A stretch of DNA of 32,000 nucleotides from Longivirga aurantiaca (GTDB taxonomy: Bacteria > Actinomycetota > Actinomycetes > S36-B12 > CAIYMF01). Shown in pieces: positions 8,430 through 17,223 of the stretch. The notes under the pieces are model-generated. The model made no database searches. It was not told where the DNA came from and was given only the letters and a program-made list of their open reading frames with translations. The position numbers and the translations under genes are program-made. Each line of letters opens with the position of its first letter. Within the stretch, counting starts at the first letter, position 1. The stretch is taken from positions 90,001 through 122,000 of the forward strand of contig NZ_JBHSTI010000002.1 of assembly GCF_042660085.1 (NCBI RefSeq), read 5' to 3'.

Positions 8430-9347
8430 TCAGGAGGGGAGGTCGGCGAGGTGCGGGGGCTCGGCGCCGGCTCGGGTGCAGGTGATGCCGGCGACGACGA
8501 TCGCGCGCTCGACGGCGGTGCGCAGGGCCTGGAGGTCGGCGAGGTCGGTGCGGCCGAGACCGGCGTCGACCCAGGTGGCGAGGAAGCCGCCGCCGAAGGA
8601 GTCGCCGGCACCGACGGTGTCGACCACCTCGACCGAGGGCACGTCGACGGAGAACGAGCCGCCGTCGCGCACGAGCACGTGCACGGTCTCGGCGCCGTCG
8701 GTGAACAGCACCACCTGCGGCCCGAGGGCCAGCAGGTCGCGGCACGCGGTCAGGCCGTCGACGCCGGGCGACAGGTAGTCGAGGTCGTCGCCGGAGACCT
8801 TCACGACGTCGGCGCGCGCGAGCACGCGGTGAAGTCGTGCGATGTAGGCGTCGCGGTCCGAGATGGTGAGGGGGCGGCAGTTGGGGTCGATGAACACGAG
8901 CACGTCGTCGCCGATGCCGGCCACGAGCGACTCCATCGTGGTCGCCATCGGCTCGAAGACCAGGCCGAGCGTGCCCACGTGCAGGACGGTCGCAGCCGCG
9001 TCGAACGCCGCGCGTGCGTCGTCGCCCGTGACGAGCGGCGCGGACGTGCCGGCGAAGTAGAAGCGGTAGCTCGCGGCCCCGCCCTCGTCGAGCTCGGCGA
9101 GGGCGAGCGTCGTCGGGAGGTCCACGGGCGTCGGCATGCCGAGGTGTACGCCGTCCTCCTCGAGCCGGGTGCGCAGGTCGCGACCGAAGCGGTCGACCGA
9201 CAGCCCCCCGAGGAACACGGTCGGCACCCCGAGGCGCGCGAGCGTGCGCGCGGCGTTGAACGGGCCGCCGCCGGGCACGGCGGTGATCGAACCGTCCGGG
9301 CGCAGGATGAGGTCGACGAGAGCCTCGCCGGCGACGACGACGGTCAT
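8430..9347 (-). CDS. PfkB-family carbohydrate kinase (fructokinase-like)
   Basis: 305 aa. N-terminal GEALVDL...PGGGPFNAA. C-terminal PfkB signature DTVGAGDSFGGGFLA. Confidence 0.88.
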   Translation of the reverse strand: MTVVVAGEALVDLILRPDGSITAVPGGGPFNAARTLARLGVPTVFLGGLSVDRFGRDLRTRLEEDGVHLGMPTPVDLPTTLALAELDEGGAASYRFYFAGTSAPLVTGDDARAAFDAAATVLHVGTLGLVFEPMATTMESLVAGIGDDVLVFIDPNCRPLTISDRDAYIARLHRVLARADVVKVSGDDLDYLSPGVDGLTACRDLLALGPQVVLFTDGAETVHVLVRDGGSFSVDVPSVEVVDTVGAGDSFGGGFLATWVDAGLGRTDLADLQALRTAVERAIVVAGITCTRAGAEPPHLADLPS

Positions 9348-9442
9348 GGCGCAGCTCCCGGGGGGCAGACGGTGGGGCAGGGGAATGATCCCAACCTACG
9401 GCCGGTGGTCGTGCGCGGGGGTGCCCACGGCCTCCGGCGGCG

Positions 9443-10498
9443 TCAGGAGGCGAAGGGTCCGGGGATCTCCCCGGTGCCGCGCTCGGTCAGCGTGGCGGGC
9501 AGCACCACGCTGCGCGCGGGCGAGGTGTCGCCCGCGATCCGCTGGAAGAGCATCTCCGCGGCGATGGCGCCGAGGCGTCGGACGTCCTGCTCCACGATCG
9601 TGACGCCGGGGTCGAGCAGGTCCTGCATCGGCAGGGAGTCGAAGCCGACGACCGCGACCGTGCGGTGCAGACCGGCATGTCGCAGGGCGCGCAGGGCACC
9701 GACGGTGACGAGGTTCTGGCTGGCGAACACCGCGGTCGGCGGGTCGGGCAGCGCGAGCAGCTCCTCGACGGCTGCCTGCGCCTGCTCGGCCGTGCGCAGG
9801 TCGCGGCGTACGAGGTCGGGAGCCAGCGCGAGCCCCGCGCGACCCAGTGCATCGACATACCCCTCGTAGCGCTCGCGCGCCGTGCTGATCGTCGACAGGT
9901 CGCCGAGGAAGGCGATGCGGTGGTGCCCGTGCCGCACCAGGTGCTCGGTGCCGTCGCGCGCACCCGCGAGGTTGTCGGTGACCACGTGGTCGGCCTCGAG
10001 CTGCACGGGCGGACGGTCGACGAACACCACCGGTGTGCCGTTGCGCCGCTCGCGGGCGAGGTACGACTGGTCCGGCGCGGTGGGCACGATCACGAGGCCG
10101 TCCGTGCGGCGGGCCACCAGGGCGGCCGCGAGGTCGCGCTCACGGTCCGGGTCCTCGTCGACGCTGCCGGCGAACACGACGACGCCGTGCTCGCGCGCGA
10201 CGTCCTCGACCGCGCGGTGCAGCGCCGAGGAGAACGGGTTCGAGACGTCCTCGAGCAGGAGCCCGATGGTCTGGCTCTTGCCGTCGCCGCGGCGCAGGCT
10301 GCTGGCGCTGAGATCGCGCCGGTAGTCGAGCTTCACGGTCGCGGCGAGCACGCGCTCGGCCACGTCGGAGGAGACGCCGGCCTCCCCGTTCACGACGCGC
10401 GACACCGTCTTGATGCTGACGCCCGACAGCGCGGCCACGTCCTTCATGGTCGGCCGGCTGTGCCGGGCGTCGACCTCGTCGAGGGACATGCGCTCCAT
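9443..10498 (-). CDS. LacI-family transcriptional repressor
   Basis: HTH region TMKDVAALSGVSIKTVSRVVNG followed by a periplasmic-binding-protein-like sugar-sensing core. The start is uncertain: ATG at 10498, 10489 or 10447. Confidence 0.9.
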   Translation of the reverse strand: MERMSLDEVDARHSRPTMKDVAALSGVSIKTVSRVVNGEAGVSSDVAERVLAATVKLDYRRDLSASSLRRGDGKSQTIGLLLEDVSNPFSSALHRAVEDVAREHGVVVFAGSVDEDPDRERDLAAALVARRTDGLVIVPTAPDQSYLARERRNGTPVVFVDRPPVQLEADHVVTDNLAGARDGTEHLVRHGHHRIAFLGDLSTISTARERYEGYVDALGRAGLALAPDLVRRDLRTAEQAQAAVEELLALPDPPTAVFASQNLVTVGALRALRHAGLHRTVAVVGFDSLPMQDLLDPGVTIVEQDVRRLGAIAAEMLFQRIAGDTSPARSVVLPATLTERGTGEIPGPFAS

Positions 10499-10542
10499 CC
10501 GGGCAGTGTGCGGTCCGCGGTCGCGGAGGGCCAGGACGCCGA

Positions 10543-10556
10543 CGATAACGTTGTCA
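10543..10556. promoter_or_regulatory. LacI-type operator O1 (imperfect palindrome)
   Basis: CGATAACGTTGTCA, centred on CG, with the half-site GTTGTCA shared with O2. Located 45 nt upstream of the lacI-family start. Confidence 0.55.
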
Positions 10557-10585
10557 TCACGCTGACGTCCAGATGAAACAATCTA

Positions 10586-10591
10586 TTGACA
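10586..10591 (+). promoter_or_regulatory. Candidate -35 hexamer for the sugar ABC operon
   Basis: TTGACA matches the consensus exactly. The -10 at 17-nt spacing is weak (CCACCC/CACCCT). O2 lies just downstream. Confidence 0.3.
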
Positions 10592-10618
10592 GAGGGGCAA
10601 TGGCCGGTCCACCCTGCT

Positions 10619-10632
10619 CGACAACGTTGTCA
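10619..10632. promoter_or_regulatory. LacI-type operator O2 (near-perfect palindrome)
   Basis: cGACAAC|GTTGTCA matches 13 of 14 positions of the perfect palindrome TGACAACGTTGTCA. Located 53 nt upstream of the binding-protein start. Confidence 0.65.
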
Positions 10633-10684
10633 GGCAGTAGCGGTCCTCCAGGCGCTGCGGCCCCCGGTGAAAGGAACCCCCCAG

Positions 10685-11734
10685 ATGGTCCTCAGCTCCC
10701 CCCGCGCCCGCGGCCTCGCGGTCGTCGGCGCTGCCGCCTCGCTCCTGCTCGCGGCCTGCGGCAGCAGCGCGAGCACTGCCGACTCGTCCTCGGCCGCCCC
10801 TTCCGGCTCCGCGTCGGGTTCCGCCGCCACCTGCGAGGGCAAGAAGATCGCCTTCGTCATGGGCGCCGAGTCCGACCCGTTCTTCCAGGCCATGAAGGTC
10901 GGCGCCACTGAGGCCACCGCGGCTGCCGGCGCCGAGCTGATCTGGCAGGGAGACCCCAAGGAGTACTCGCCGGCGACGCAGATCCCGGTCGTCGACCAGG
11001 TCCTCGCACAGAAGCCCGACGGTCTAGTCCTCATCCCGACCGACCCCAACGCCCTGCAGCCGTCGGTCGCCAAGGCCGTCGCGGCCGGCGTGACGGTGGC
11101 CAACGTCGACACCCGCGTGACCGACCTCGGTCAGGTCCTCACCTTCATCACGGGTGACAACACCGACGGCGGCACCAAGGCGGCCGAGGCCATCGCCAAC
11201 GCGATCGGCTACGCGGACGGCCAGAAGTACAAGGTCGTCGTCGGCCTCACCTCCGAGACCGCCACGACCAACGTCGCGCGCCTCGACGGCTTCAAGGCCG
11301 CGATCGCCGCGTCGTACCCCGGCATCGAGATCGTGGATATCGCGTACTCGCAGTCCAAGCCCGAGGTCGCCAACACCAACGTCAACAACTGGCTCACGAA
11401 GTACCCGGACCTGAACGGCATCTTCGCGATCGACGGCACCAATGCCCAGGGCGCCGCGGCGGCGCTGCAGGCCAAGGGCCTGGTCGGCAAGGTGGCCCTC
11501 GTCGGCTACGACGCCTACCCGGACAACGTCGCCCTGATCAAGAGCGGCGTCTTCACCGCCCTCATCGCGCAGGACCCGGCCACGGAGGCCCGCCAGGCCG
11601 TCGAGTCGCTCTGCGCCAGCCTCACCGGCGGCGACGCCTCCGCGATCGAGAAGGAGGTCGTGATCCCGAACGTCGTCCTCAACAAGGACACGTCGGACGC
11701 CGACCTCCAGAAGTACACCTACGTCGCCTCCTGA
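10685..11734 (+). CDS. Sugar ABC transporter substrate-binding lipoprotein (CUT2 / RbsB-FrcB-like)
   Basis: ATG at 10685 after GAAAGGA. Signal peptide with lipobox LLLAAC|GSS. Type I periplasmic-binding fold typical of ribose/fructose binding proteins (KKIAFVMGAESDPFF, VALVGYDAYPDNV). Confidence 0.88.
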   Translation: MVLSSPRARGLAVVGAAASLLLAACGSSASTADSSSAAPSGSASGSAATCEGKKIAFVMGAESDPFFQAMKVGATEATAAAGAELIWQGDPKEYSPATQIPVVDQVLAQKPDGLVLIPTDPNALQPSVAKAVAAGVTVANVDTRVTDLGQVLTFITGDNTDGGTKAAEAIANAIGYADGQKYKVVVGLTSETATTNVARLDGFKAAIAASYPGIEIVDIAYSQSKPEVANTNVNNWLTKYPDLNGIFAIDGTNAQGAAAALQAKGLVGKVALVGYDAYPDNVALIKSGVFTALIAQDPATEARQAVESLCASLTGGDASAIEKEVVIPNVVLNKDTSDADLQKYTYVAS

Positions 11735-11741
11735 CGACACC

Positions 11742-11776
11742 CGTGGGGGCGGACGTCGACGACGTCCGCCCCCACG
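11742..11776 (+). terminator. Intercistronic perfect stem-loop between the binding-protein and permease genes (attenuator or mRNA-stability element)
   Basis: CGTGGGGGCGGACGTC-gac-GACGTCCGCCCCCACG. 16-bp perfect stem, 3-nt loop. It begins 8 nt after the stop codon. Confidence 0.6.
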
Positions 11777-11839
11777 CCCCTCTCCCACCCCCAGTCAGAG
11801 CGCCACGCCCGTCCGGCGCGGCCGCCCGAAGGAGGGCAC

Positions 11840-12868
11840 GTGGCATCCACTGAAGTGAAGCCGGCGACGCCGGTGACGCAGGTCGTCGCGCCGACGTCCC
11901 GGCTCAAGGCGGTGCTGTCGAACCAGCAGTTCCTGCTGCTCGTCGTCTGGCTCGCGATGGTCCTCGGCTTCTCGCTGATCTCGCCGATCTTCTTCTCCGT
12001 CGACGTCGCGGCGAACGTGCTGCTCGACTGGGCGCCCCTGGTGCTCATCGCACTGGGCCAGCTGGTCGTCGTCATCAGCGCCGGCATCGACCTGTCCGTG
12101 GGTGCGACCGTCGGCTTCAGCGGCGTCATCGGCGCGTTCGCCATGAAGTCGCTCACCGCTTCCGGGCAGCCCACCGCGACGACCCTCGTCGCCGGAGTGC
12201 TGGTCTGCATGCTCGTCGGGGCCTTCATCGGCACCATCAACGCAGCGCTCATCAACTACGCGCGCCTGGTGCCGTTCATCGCCACGCTGGTGACGCTCGG
12301 CGCCGCCTCCGGCCTCTCCCTGGTGCTCACCAAGGGCGCGCCGATCATGGGCGGCCCGGCCGACGCCATCTTCCTGGTGACCCCCTGGATCGGCCCGTTC
12401 TCCAAGCCGGTCGTCGTCATCATCGGCATCGTCGTGGTGCTGTGGCTGTTCATGCACAAGGCGCGGTTCGGCCGGTACACGTACGCGATCGGCTCCAACT
12501 CCTTCGCCGCACGCGCCGCCGGCATCAACGTCCGGCGCCACATCGTGAAGGTCTACGTCCTGTCGGGCGTGCTCGCGGGGCTCGCGGGCTTCTTCTTCTA
12601 CCTGAGGCTCAACGGTGGTGCGCCGACCTCAGGCTTCGGCATGGAGCTCGATGCCATCGCCGCAGTCGTGATCGGAGGCGCAGCCCTCGCCGGCGGCGTC
12701 GGCCGGGTGACCGGCACGGTCATCGGCGCGCTGATCCTCACCACCGTCACGAGTGGGCTCATCATCGTCGGCGTCGACCCCTCGTGGAAGCGCGTGGTCG
12801 TCGCCGTCCTCATCGCCATCGCCGCCACGCTGCAGGCGCTGCGCAAGACCGAGGGGCGGGCAGCATGA
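11840..12868 (+). CDS. Sugar ABC transporter permease (RbsC/FrcC-like, CUT2)
   Basis: GTG start after GAAGGAGGG. 342-aa polytopic membrane protein with the BPD_transp_2-like pattern (IDLSVGA, YTYAIGSN..AARAAGINV). Confidence 0.88.
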   Translation: MASTEVKPATPVTQVVAPTSRLKAVLSNQQFLLLVVWLAMVLGFSLISPIFFSVDVAANVLLDWAPLVLIALGQLVVVISAGIDLSVGATVGFSGVIGAFAMKSLTASGQPTATTLVAGVLVCMLVGAFIGTINAALINYARLVPFIATLVTLGAASGLSLVLTKGAPIMGGPADAIFLVTPWIGPFSKPVVVIIGIVVVLWLFMHKARFGRYTYAIGSNSFAARAAGINVRRHIVKVYVLSGVLAGLAGFFFYLRLNGGAPTSGFGMELDAIAAVVIGGAALAGGVGRVTGTVIGALILTTVTSGLIIVGVDPSWKRVVVAVLIAIAATLQALRKTEGRAA

Positions 12869-13626
12869 CCGAGCGCGGGGACGTCATCTACGAGGCTCGC
12901 AACCTCAGCAAGCGCTACGGCGCCGTCGTCGCACTCGACGACGCCAACCTGAAGCTCCACGCGGGCGAGGTCGTCGGCCTCGTCGGCGACAACGGTGCCG
13001 GGAAGTCGACGCTCGTGAAGTGCCTCTCCGGTGCGCACGCGCCGTCCAGCGGCCAGTTGCTGCTCGACGGGGTCGAGCGCTCGTGGAAGTCGCCGCACGA
13101 CGCGATCCAGGCCGGCGTCGAGACCCTGTACCAGGACTCCGGTCTCGCACCGCACCTGTCGGTCAGCGCCAACGTCTTCCTCGGGCGCGAGGAGCTGAAG
13201 CCCGGCCTGCTCGGCAGGATGGGCTTCCTCGCGCAGAAGTCGATGGACCGCCGCGCCCACGAGGACCTCGACCGCGTCGGGATCGCCGTCCCGGCGTCCG
13301 GCCGGTCGGTCGCCCAGCTCTCGGGCGGTCAGCGACAGGCTGTGGCGATCGGCCGGGCCGTCGCCTGGGCGAGCCGCGTGATCATCCTCGACGAGCCCAC
13401 CAACCATCTCGGCGCGCGCCAGGCCGGCGAGGTGCTGCACGTGGTGGAGCGGGCCAAGGCGGAGGGCCTCGGGGTCATCTTCATCTCGCACACCCTCCCG
13501 CACGTGCTCCAGGTGACCGACCGGGTCGTCGTCCTGCGCCTCGGGCGGGTGGTCAAGGACGCCCCGACGTCGGAGTTCGACGTCGACACGCTCCTCGGGA
13601 CGATCACCGGCCTCATCTCCGACTGA
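12865..13626 (+). CDS. Sugar ABC transporter ATP-binding protein, single nucleotide-binding domain (FrcA-like)
   Basis: ATGA overlap with the permease stop. Walker A GDNGAGKST, signature LSGGQRQAVAIGRA, Walker B VIILDEPT, H-loop FISHTL. At 253 aa it has one NBD, not the fused double NBD of RbsA-type ATPases. Confidence 0.9.
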   Translation: MTERGDVIYEARNLSKRYGAVVALDDANLKLHAGEVVGLVGDNGAGKSTLVKCLSGAHAPSSGQLLLDGVERSWKSPHDAIQAGVETLYQDSGLAPHLSVSANVFLGREELKPGLLGRMGFLAQKSMDRRAHEDLDRVGIAVPASGRSVAQLSGGQRQAVAIGRAVAWASRVIILDEPTNHLGARQAGEVLHVVERAKAEGLGVIFISHTLPHVLQVTDRVVVLRLGRVVKDAPTSEFDVDTLLGTITGLISD

Positions 13627-13638
13627 GCGGGCCTCCAG

Positions 13639-13683
13639 GTCACCGGATCCCCGGGCGGACCCTCCCTCCCGGGATCCGGTGAC
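13639..13683 (+). terminator. Stem-loop terminator after the ABC ATPase gene
   Basis: GTCACCGGATCCC (13639-13651) pairs perfectly with GGGATCCGGTGAC (13671-13683). 13-bp stem with further GGG/CCC pairing inside the loop. Confidence 0.6.
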
Positions 13684-13880
13684 GGAGGTGCGACCGGTCG
13701 GCGCACGGCGGCCCGCGGCACGCGCTCGTCTCGGTCCGACCGGCATTCGGTCACGGATCGGCCACGGACCTCCCGTTCGGGGATCACTGCCTGAGATAGT
13801 CGCGGGCGGACCAAAGCGACCAAACCGGACACCCGGTGCGGGAGGGTCCGAACCGGACCTTCCTACCCGAGGGGGAGCAC

Positions 13881-14123
13881 ATGGCAAGTCGCCCGCCGGA
13901 GGCGGACGAGCTGCTGACCCCTGCCGAGGTCGCGGCCCTCTTCCGCGTCGACCCGAAGACGGTCACGCGCTGGGCCAAGGCCGGCAAGCTCACCTCGATC
14001 CGCACGCTCGGCGGTCACCGCCGCTACCGCGCGGCCGAGGTGCGGGCGCTGCTCGGGGACATCCCCGGCCCCCGTGCAGGCGAGGCCGCGGCCTCCGAGG
14101 CCGGGCCGGCGCTCGGCGCCTGA
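13881..14123 (+). CDS. bldC: BldC-like small MerR/excisionase-type DNA-binding protein
   Basis: ATG after GAGGGGGAG. The core LLTPAEVAALFRVDPKTVTRWAKAGKLTSIRTLGGHRRYRAAEVRALL is nearly identical to Streptomyces BldC as I recall it. 80 aa with a Gly/Ala/Pro-rich tail. Confidence 0.8.
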   Translation: MASRPPEADELLTPAEVAALFRVDPKTVTRWAKAGKLTSIRTLGGHRRYRAAEVRALLGDIPGPRAGEAAASEAGPALGA

Positions 14124-14134
14124 GGCGCCGTAGG

Positions 14135-14911
14135 TCAGGAAGCCGTCGGCGGCTTCATCGCCGCGATCTGGGCGGTCGTGCGCAGCAGCAGGGCGAGGCC
14201 CTCGCTCATGCCCTCGTGGCCGTGCGCGTCCGGCTCGTCGTGCGGGTGGCCGATGTGGCTCGAGAGCGCAGCCCCGAGCCCCGCGTTCTCGATCACCATC
14301 TCGCAGAGGGCGAGGGCGTCGTCGCCGACGAGGCCGGGCTTCGCGAGGCACAGCGACACTGCCCCATGGGTGGCGGCCCACAGCGAGGTCGCGATCACGT
14401 CCGGATCGGTCCCCGGGGCGAAGACGCCGACGTCGATGCAGCTCTGCACGGCGTCGATCAGGTGATGGTATGTCGGGCCGGCGACGATGTCCTCGGCGCT
14501 GAACGGCCCGTAGGTGTTCTTGTCGAACTCCCCGTGCAGCGCGGGCATCCGCATCATGGCGAGGCGGTACTGCTCGGGGTTGGCGAGGGCGAACTCCGCG
14601 TAGGCGAGCCCGCGCAGGCGCAGCCCGTCGAAGGGGTCGCTGGTCGTCGCGGCCGCCGCCTGCATGCGGGCGTCGAGCTCGGTGAACACGAGCTCGCACA
14701 CGGCGTCGAGCAGGGCCTGCTTGTCGGCGAAGTGCAGGTAGATCGAAGGGGTCGACACCCCGACCCGCTCGGCGACGGCACGGACCGAGACGGCGTCCGC
14801 GTCCTGCGCCTCGGCGAGGAGCTCGCGCGCCGCCGTCAGGATCTCGGCGCGCAGCAGCTCGCCCTCGCCACGGCGGGCGCGGCGACGAGGGCGAGCTGCT
14901 GCGGTGGTCAC
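14135..14911 (-). CDS. TetR-family transcriptional regulator
   Basis: N-terminal HTH ILTAARELLAE...VSVRAVAERVGVSTPSIYLHFADKQALL followed by a helical ligand-binding domain. The start lies 4 nt downstream of the MMPL stop, so the two are probably co-transcribed. Confidence 0.9.
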   Translation of the reverse strand: MTTAAARPRRRARRGEGELLRAEILTAARELLAEAQDADAVSVRAVAERVGVSTPSIYLHFADKQALLDAVCELVFTELDARMQAAAATTSDPFDGLRLRGLAYAEFALANPEQYRLAMMRMPALHGEFDKNTYGPFSAEDIVAGPTYHHLIDAVQSCIDVGVFAPGTDPDVIATSLWAATHGAVSLCLAKPGLVGDDALALCEMVIENAGLGAALSSHIGHPHDEPDAHGHEGMSEGLALLLRTTAQIAAMKPPTAS

Positions 14912-14915
14912 GCGG

Positions 14916-17198
14916 TCAGCCTACGACCACGGTGTCGTCGCGGAGGTCCCTGACGTCGTCCTCGTCGGCGTCGCCCTCGCTGATGCCGAAGCGGTCGTGC
15001 AGCCGCTTCAACCAGGCCGGCGCCCACCAGTTGGCGTCGCCCATGACCCGCATGAACGCAGGCACCATGAGGCCCCGGATCAGGGTCGCGTCGACGAGGA
15101 CCGCGAGGGCCACCCCGACGCCCATCATCTTGATGATCGTGACGCCGCTCGTGGCGAAGGCGATGAACACGATGGCGAGCAGGGCCGCGGCGCTCGTGAT
15201 GAGGCGGCCGGTGCGCTGCATGCCGAGGGCGACGGCGGCGGCGTTGTCGCCCGTGCGGTCGTACTCCTCCTTGATGCGGGAGAGGAGGAAGACCTCGTAG
15301 TCCATCGAGAGGCCGAACGCGATGCAGAACATCAGGATCGGCATCGCGGTGTCGAGCTCTCCGGTCACGGTGAACCCGCCGAGCCACTGCGAGAGGTGGC
15401 CCTCCTGGAAGATCCAGACCATCGCGCCGAACATCGCCGACAGGCTCAGCGTGTTGAGCACGAGCGCCTTCAGCGGAAGGACGACCGAGCCGGTGAACAG
15501 GAACAGCAGGACGAACGTCGCGATCGCGATGATCCCGATCGCCCACGGCAGGCGCTCACCCATCGCGGTCTGCGAGTCGGCGAAGGTCGCCGCGCTCCCG
15601 CCCACGAGGGTCTCGCCGAGCGGGGACGGGATCGCGCGCAGGTCCTCGACCAGCTCGCGTCCCTCCGCCGAGTAGGGCTCGACGTCGGTGACGACCGACA
15701 GCCAGGTGCCCGTGCCCGACTCGGCGACGAAGCGGGCAGCGGCCGGGCCGGCGTCGGCGACGAGCGCGCCGACGACGTACGACCCGTTGACCGAGTCGAC
15801 CCGGGCGACGCCGCCCACCTCGGACAGCTGCGCCGCGTACGAGCCCACGGTGCCGGGGGACACCGTGCTCGTGGCGGCGACGACCGTCAGCGGGTCGGAC
15901 TCGCGGGAGTCGAACTCGGTGCGGAGCCACTCGCCCGCCTGGGCAGCCTGTGCCGACGCCGGCAGCACCCGGTCGTCGGTCTGGCCGAAGGCGACGTTGA
16001 AGAACGGGAGGCCGAGCGCGACGAGCAGGGCGACGCCTCCGACCAGCACCGGCCACGGCCGACGCATCACGGCGTGGGAGAGGCGGAACCAGAAGCCGTC
16101 GTCGCGCACCTCGGTGGTCGAGCGCAGCACGCGGAAGCGGTCGACCTTCGTGCCGAGGGTCGAGAGCGCCGCGGGCAGCACCACGACGGCAGCGATGACG
16201 GCGAGCACCACGGTGGCGATGCCGGCATAGGCGAAGGAGCGCAGGAAGAACTGGGGGAAGACGAGCAGCGCCGAGAGCGAGATGGCCACGGTGATGCCGG
16301 AGTACACGACCGTGCGGCCGGCGGTGCGGACGGTGCGGATGACGGCCTCGTCGGGCGTGCGTCCGCGGGCGAGCTCCTCGCGGAAGCGGGTCACCATGAA
16401 GAGCGCGTAGTCGATGCCTAGGCCGATGCCGAGGGCGGTGACGAGGTTGATCGCGAAGACGCTGACGTCGGTGAACTGCGTGATGGTCCACAGCGCGAGG
16501 AACGAGCCGAGCACCGCGACGGCGCCGATGATCGCCGGCAGACCGGCCGCCACGAGAGTGCCGAACACCAGCAGGAGCAGGAGCATCGTGACGGGCACCG
16601 CGATGCTCTCCGCGCGCACGAGGTCCTTCTCGATCGTGCTGCCCACCTCGGCGAAGATCACCGGCGACCCGGAGACCCGTACCTCGAGCACGCCGTCGTC
16701 GGTGAAGCCCGACAGCTCCTCGGCCAGCTCGCCCGCGCGCTCCTGCGCGGCGTCGCCGGTCTCGGTGAGGCGCGCGGTCACGAGGGCGAGGGTGCCGTCG
16801 GTGCTGCGCATCGCGGCGGCGCCGGTGGCCCAGTAGCTGGTGACGTCGCGGACGTCGCCCTGCCCGGCGAGGCGCTGGGCGAGCGCCGCGCCTGCGGCCG
16901 CCACCTCCGCGGTGTCGACCGAGGCGCCGTCGACGCTGCGGGCGATCAGCACGATGTCCGAGGGCGCCGCGTCGAAGGTCTCGAGCAGCTGGTCGGCGGC
17001 GCGGGCGGACTCCGAGCCCGGGTCGTCGAAGCCGCCGGAGGACAGGCGGGAGAACACGCCGCCGCCGACGACCGCCGCGACGACGACGCCGATCACGGCG
17101 ACGACGAGCACGAGGCGACGGCGGCGGACGGTGAAGGCTCCGAGGCGGTCGAACCACCCGGCGCGGGACCCGGACCGGGTCGGTGTCGTGGTGGACAT
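14916..17198 (-). CDS. MMPL-family (RND superfamily) membrane transporter
   Basis: Two 6-TM bundles with large extracytoplasmic loops and duplicated MMPL-type motifs (GIGLGIDYALFMVTRFREE and AFGLSMDYEVFLLSRIKEE). I prefer the ATG at 17198 (GAGGAG 6 nt upstream). The ORF-track start at 17249 falls between the predicted -35 and -10 promoter hexamers. Confidence 0.88.
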   Translation of the reverse strand: MSTTTPTRSGSRAGWFDRLGAFTVRRRRLVLVVAVIGVVVAAVVGGGVFSRLSSGGFDDPGSESARAADQLLETFDAAPSDIVLIARSVDGASVDTAEVAAAGAALAQRLAGQGDVRDVTSYWATGAAAMRSTDGTLALVTARLTETGDAAQERAGELAEELSGFTDDGVLEVRVSGSPVIFAEVGSTIEKDLVRAESIAVPVTMLLLLLVFGTLVAAGLPAIIGAVAVLGSFLALWTITQFTDVSVFAINLVTALGIGLGIDYALFMVTRFREELARGRTPDEAVIRTVRTAGRTVVYSGITVAISLSALLVFPQFFLRSFAYAGIATVVLAVIAAVVVLPAALSTLGTKVDRFRVLRSTTEVRDDGFWFRLSHAVMRRPWPVLVGGVALLVALGLPFFNVAFGQTDDRVLPASAQAAQAGEWLRTEFDSRESDPLTVVAATSTVSPGTVGSYAAQLSEVGGVARVDSVNGSYVVGALVADAGPAAARFVAESGTGTWLSVVTDVEPYSAEGRELVEDLRAIPSPLGETLVGGSAATFADSQTAMGERLPWAIGIIAIATFVLLFLFTGSVVLPLKALVLNTLSLSAMFGAMVWIFQEGHLSQWLGGFTVTGELDTAMPILMFCIAFGLSMDYEVFLLSRIKEEYDRTGDNAAAVALGMQRTGRLITSAAALLAIVFIAFATSGVTIIKMMGVGVALAVLVDATLIRGLMVPAFMRVMGDANWWAPAWLKRLHDRFGISEGDADEDDVRDLRDDTVVVG

Positions 17199-17223
17199 GG
17201 CTGCTCCTCGGGGGAAGGCGGAT

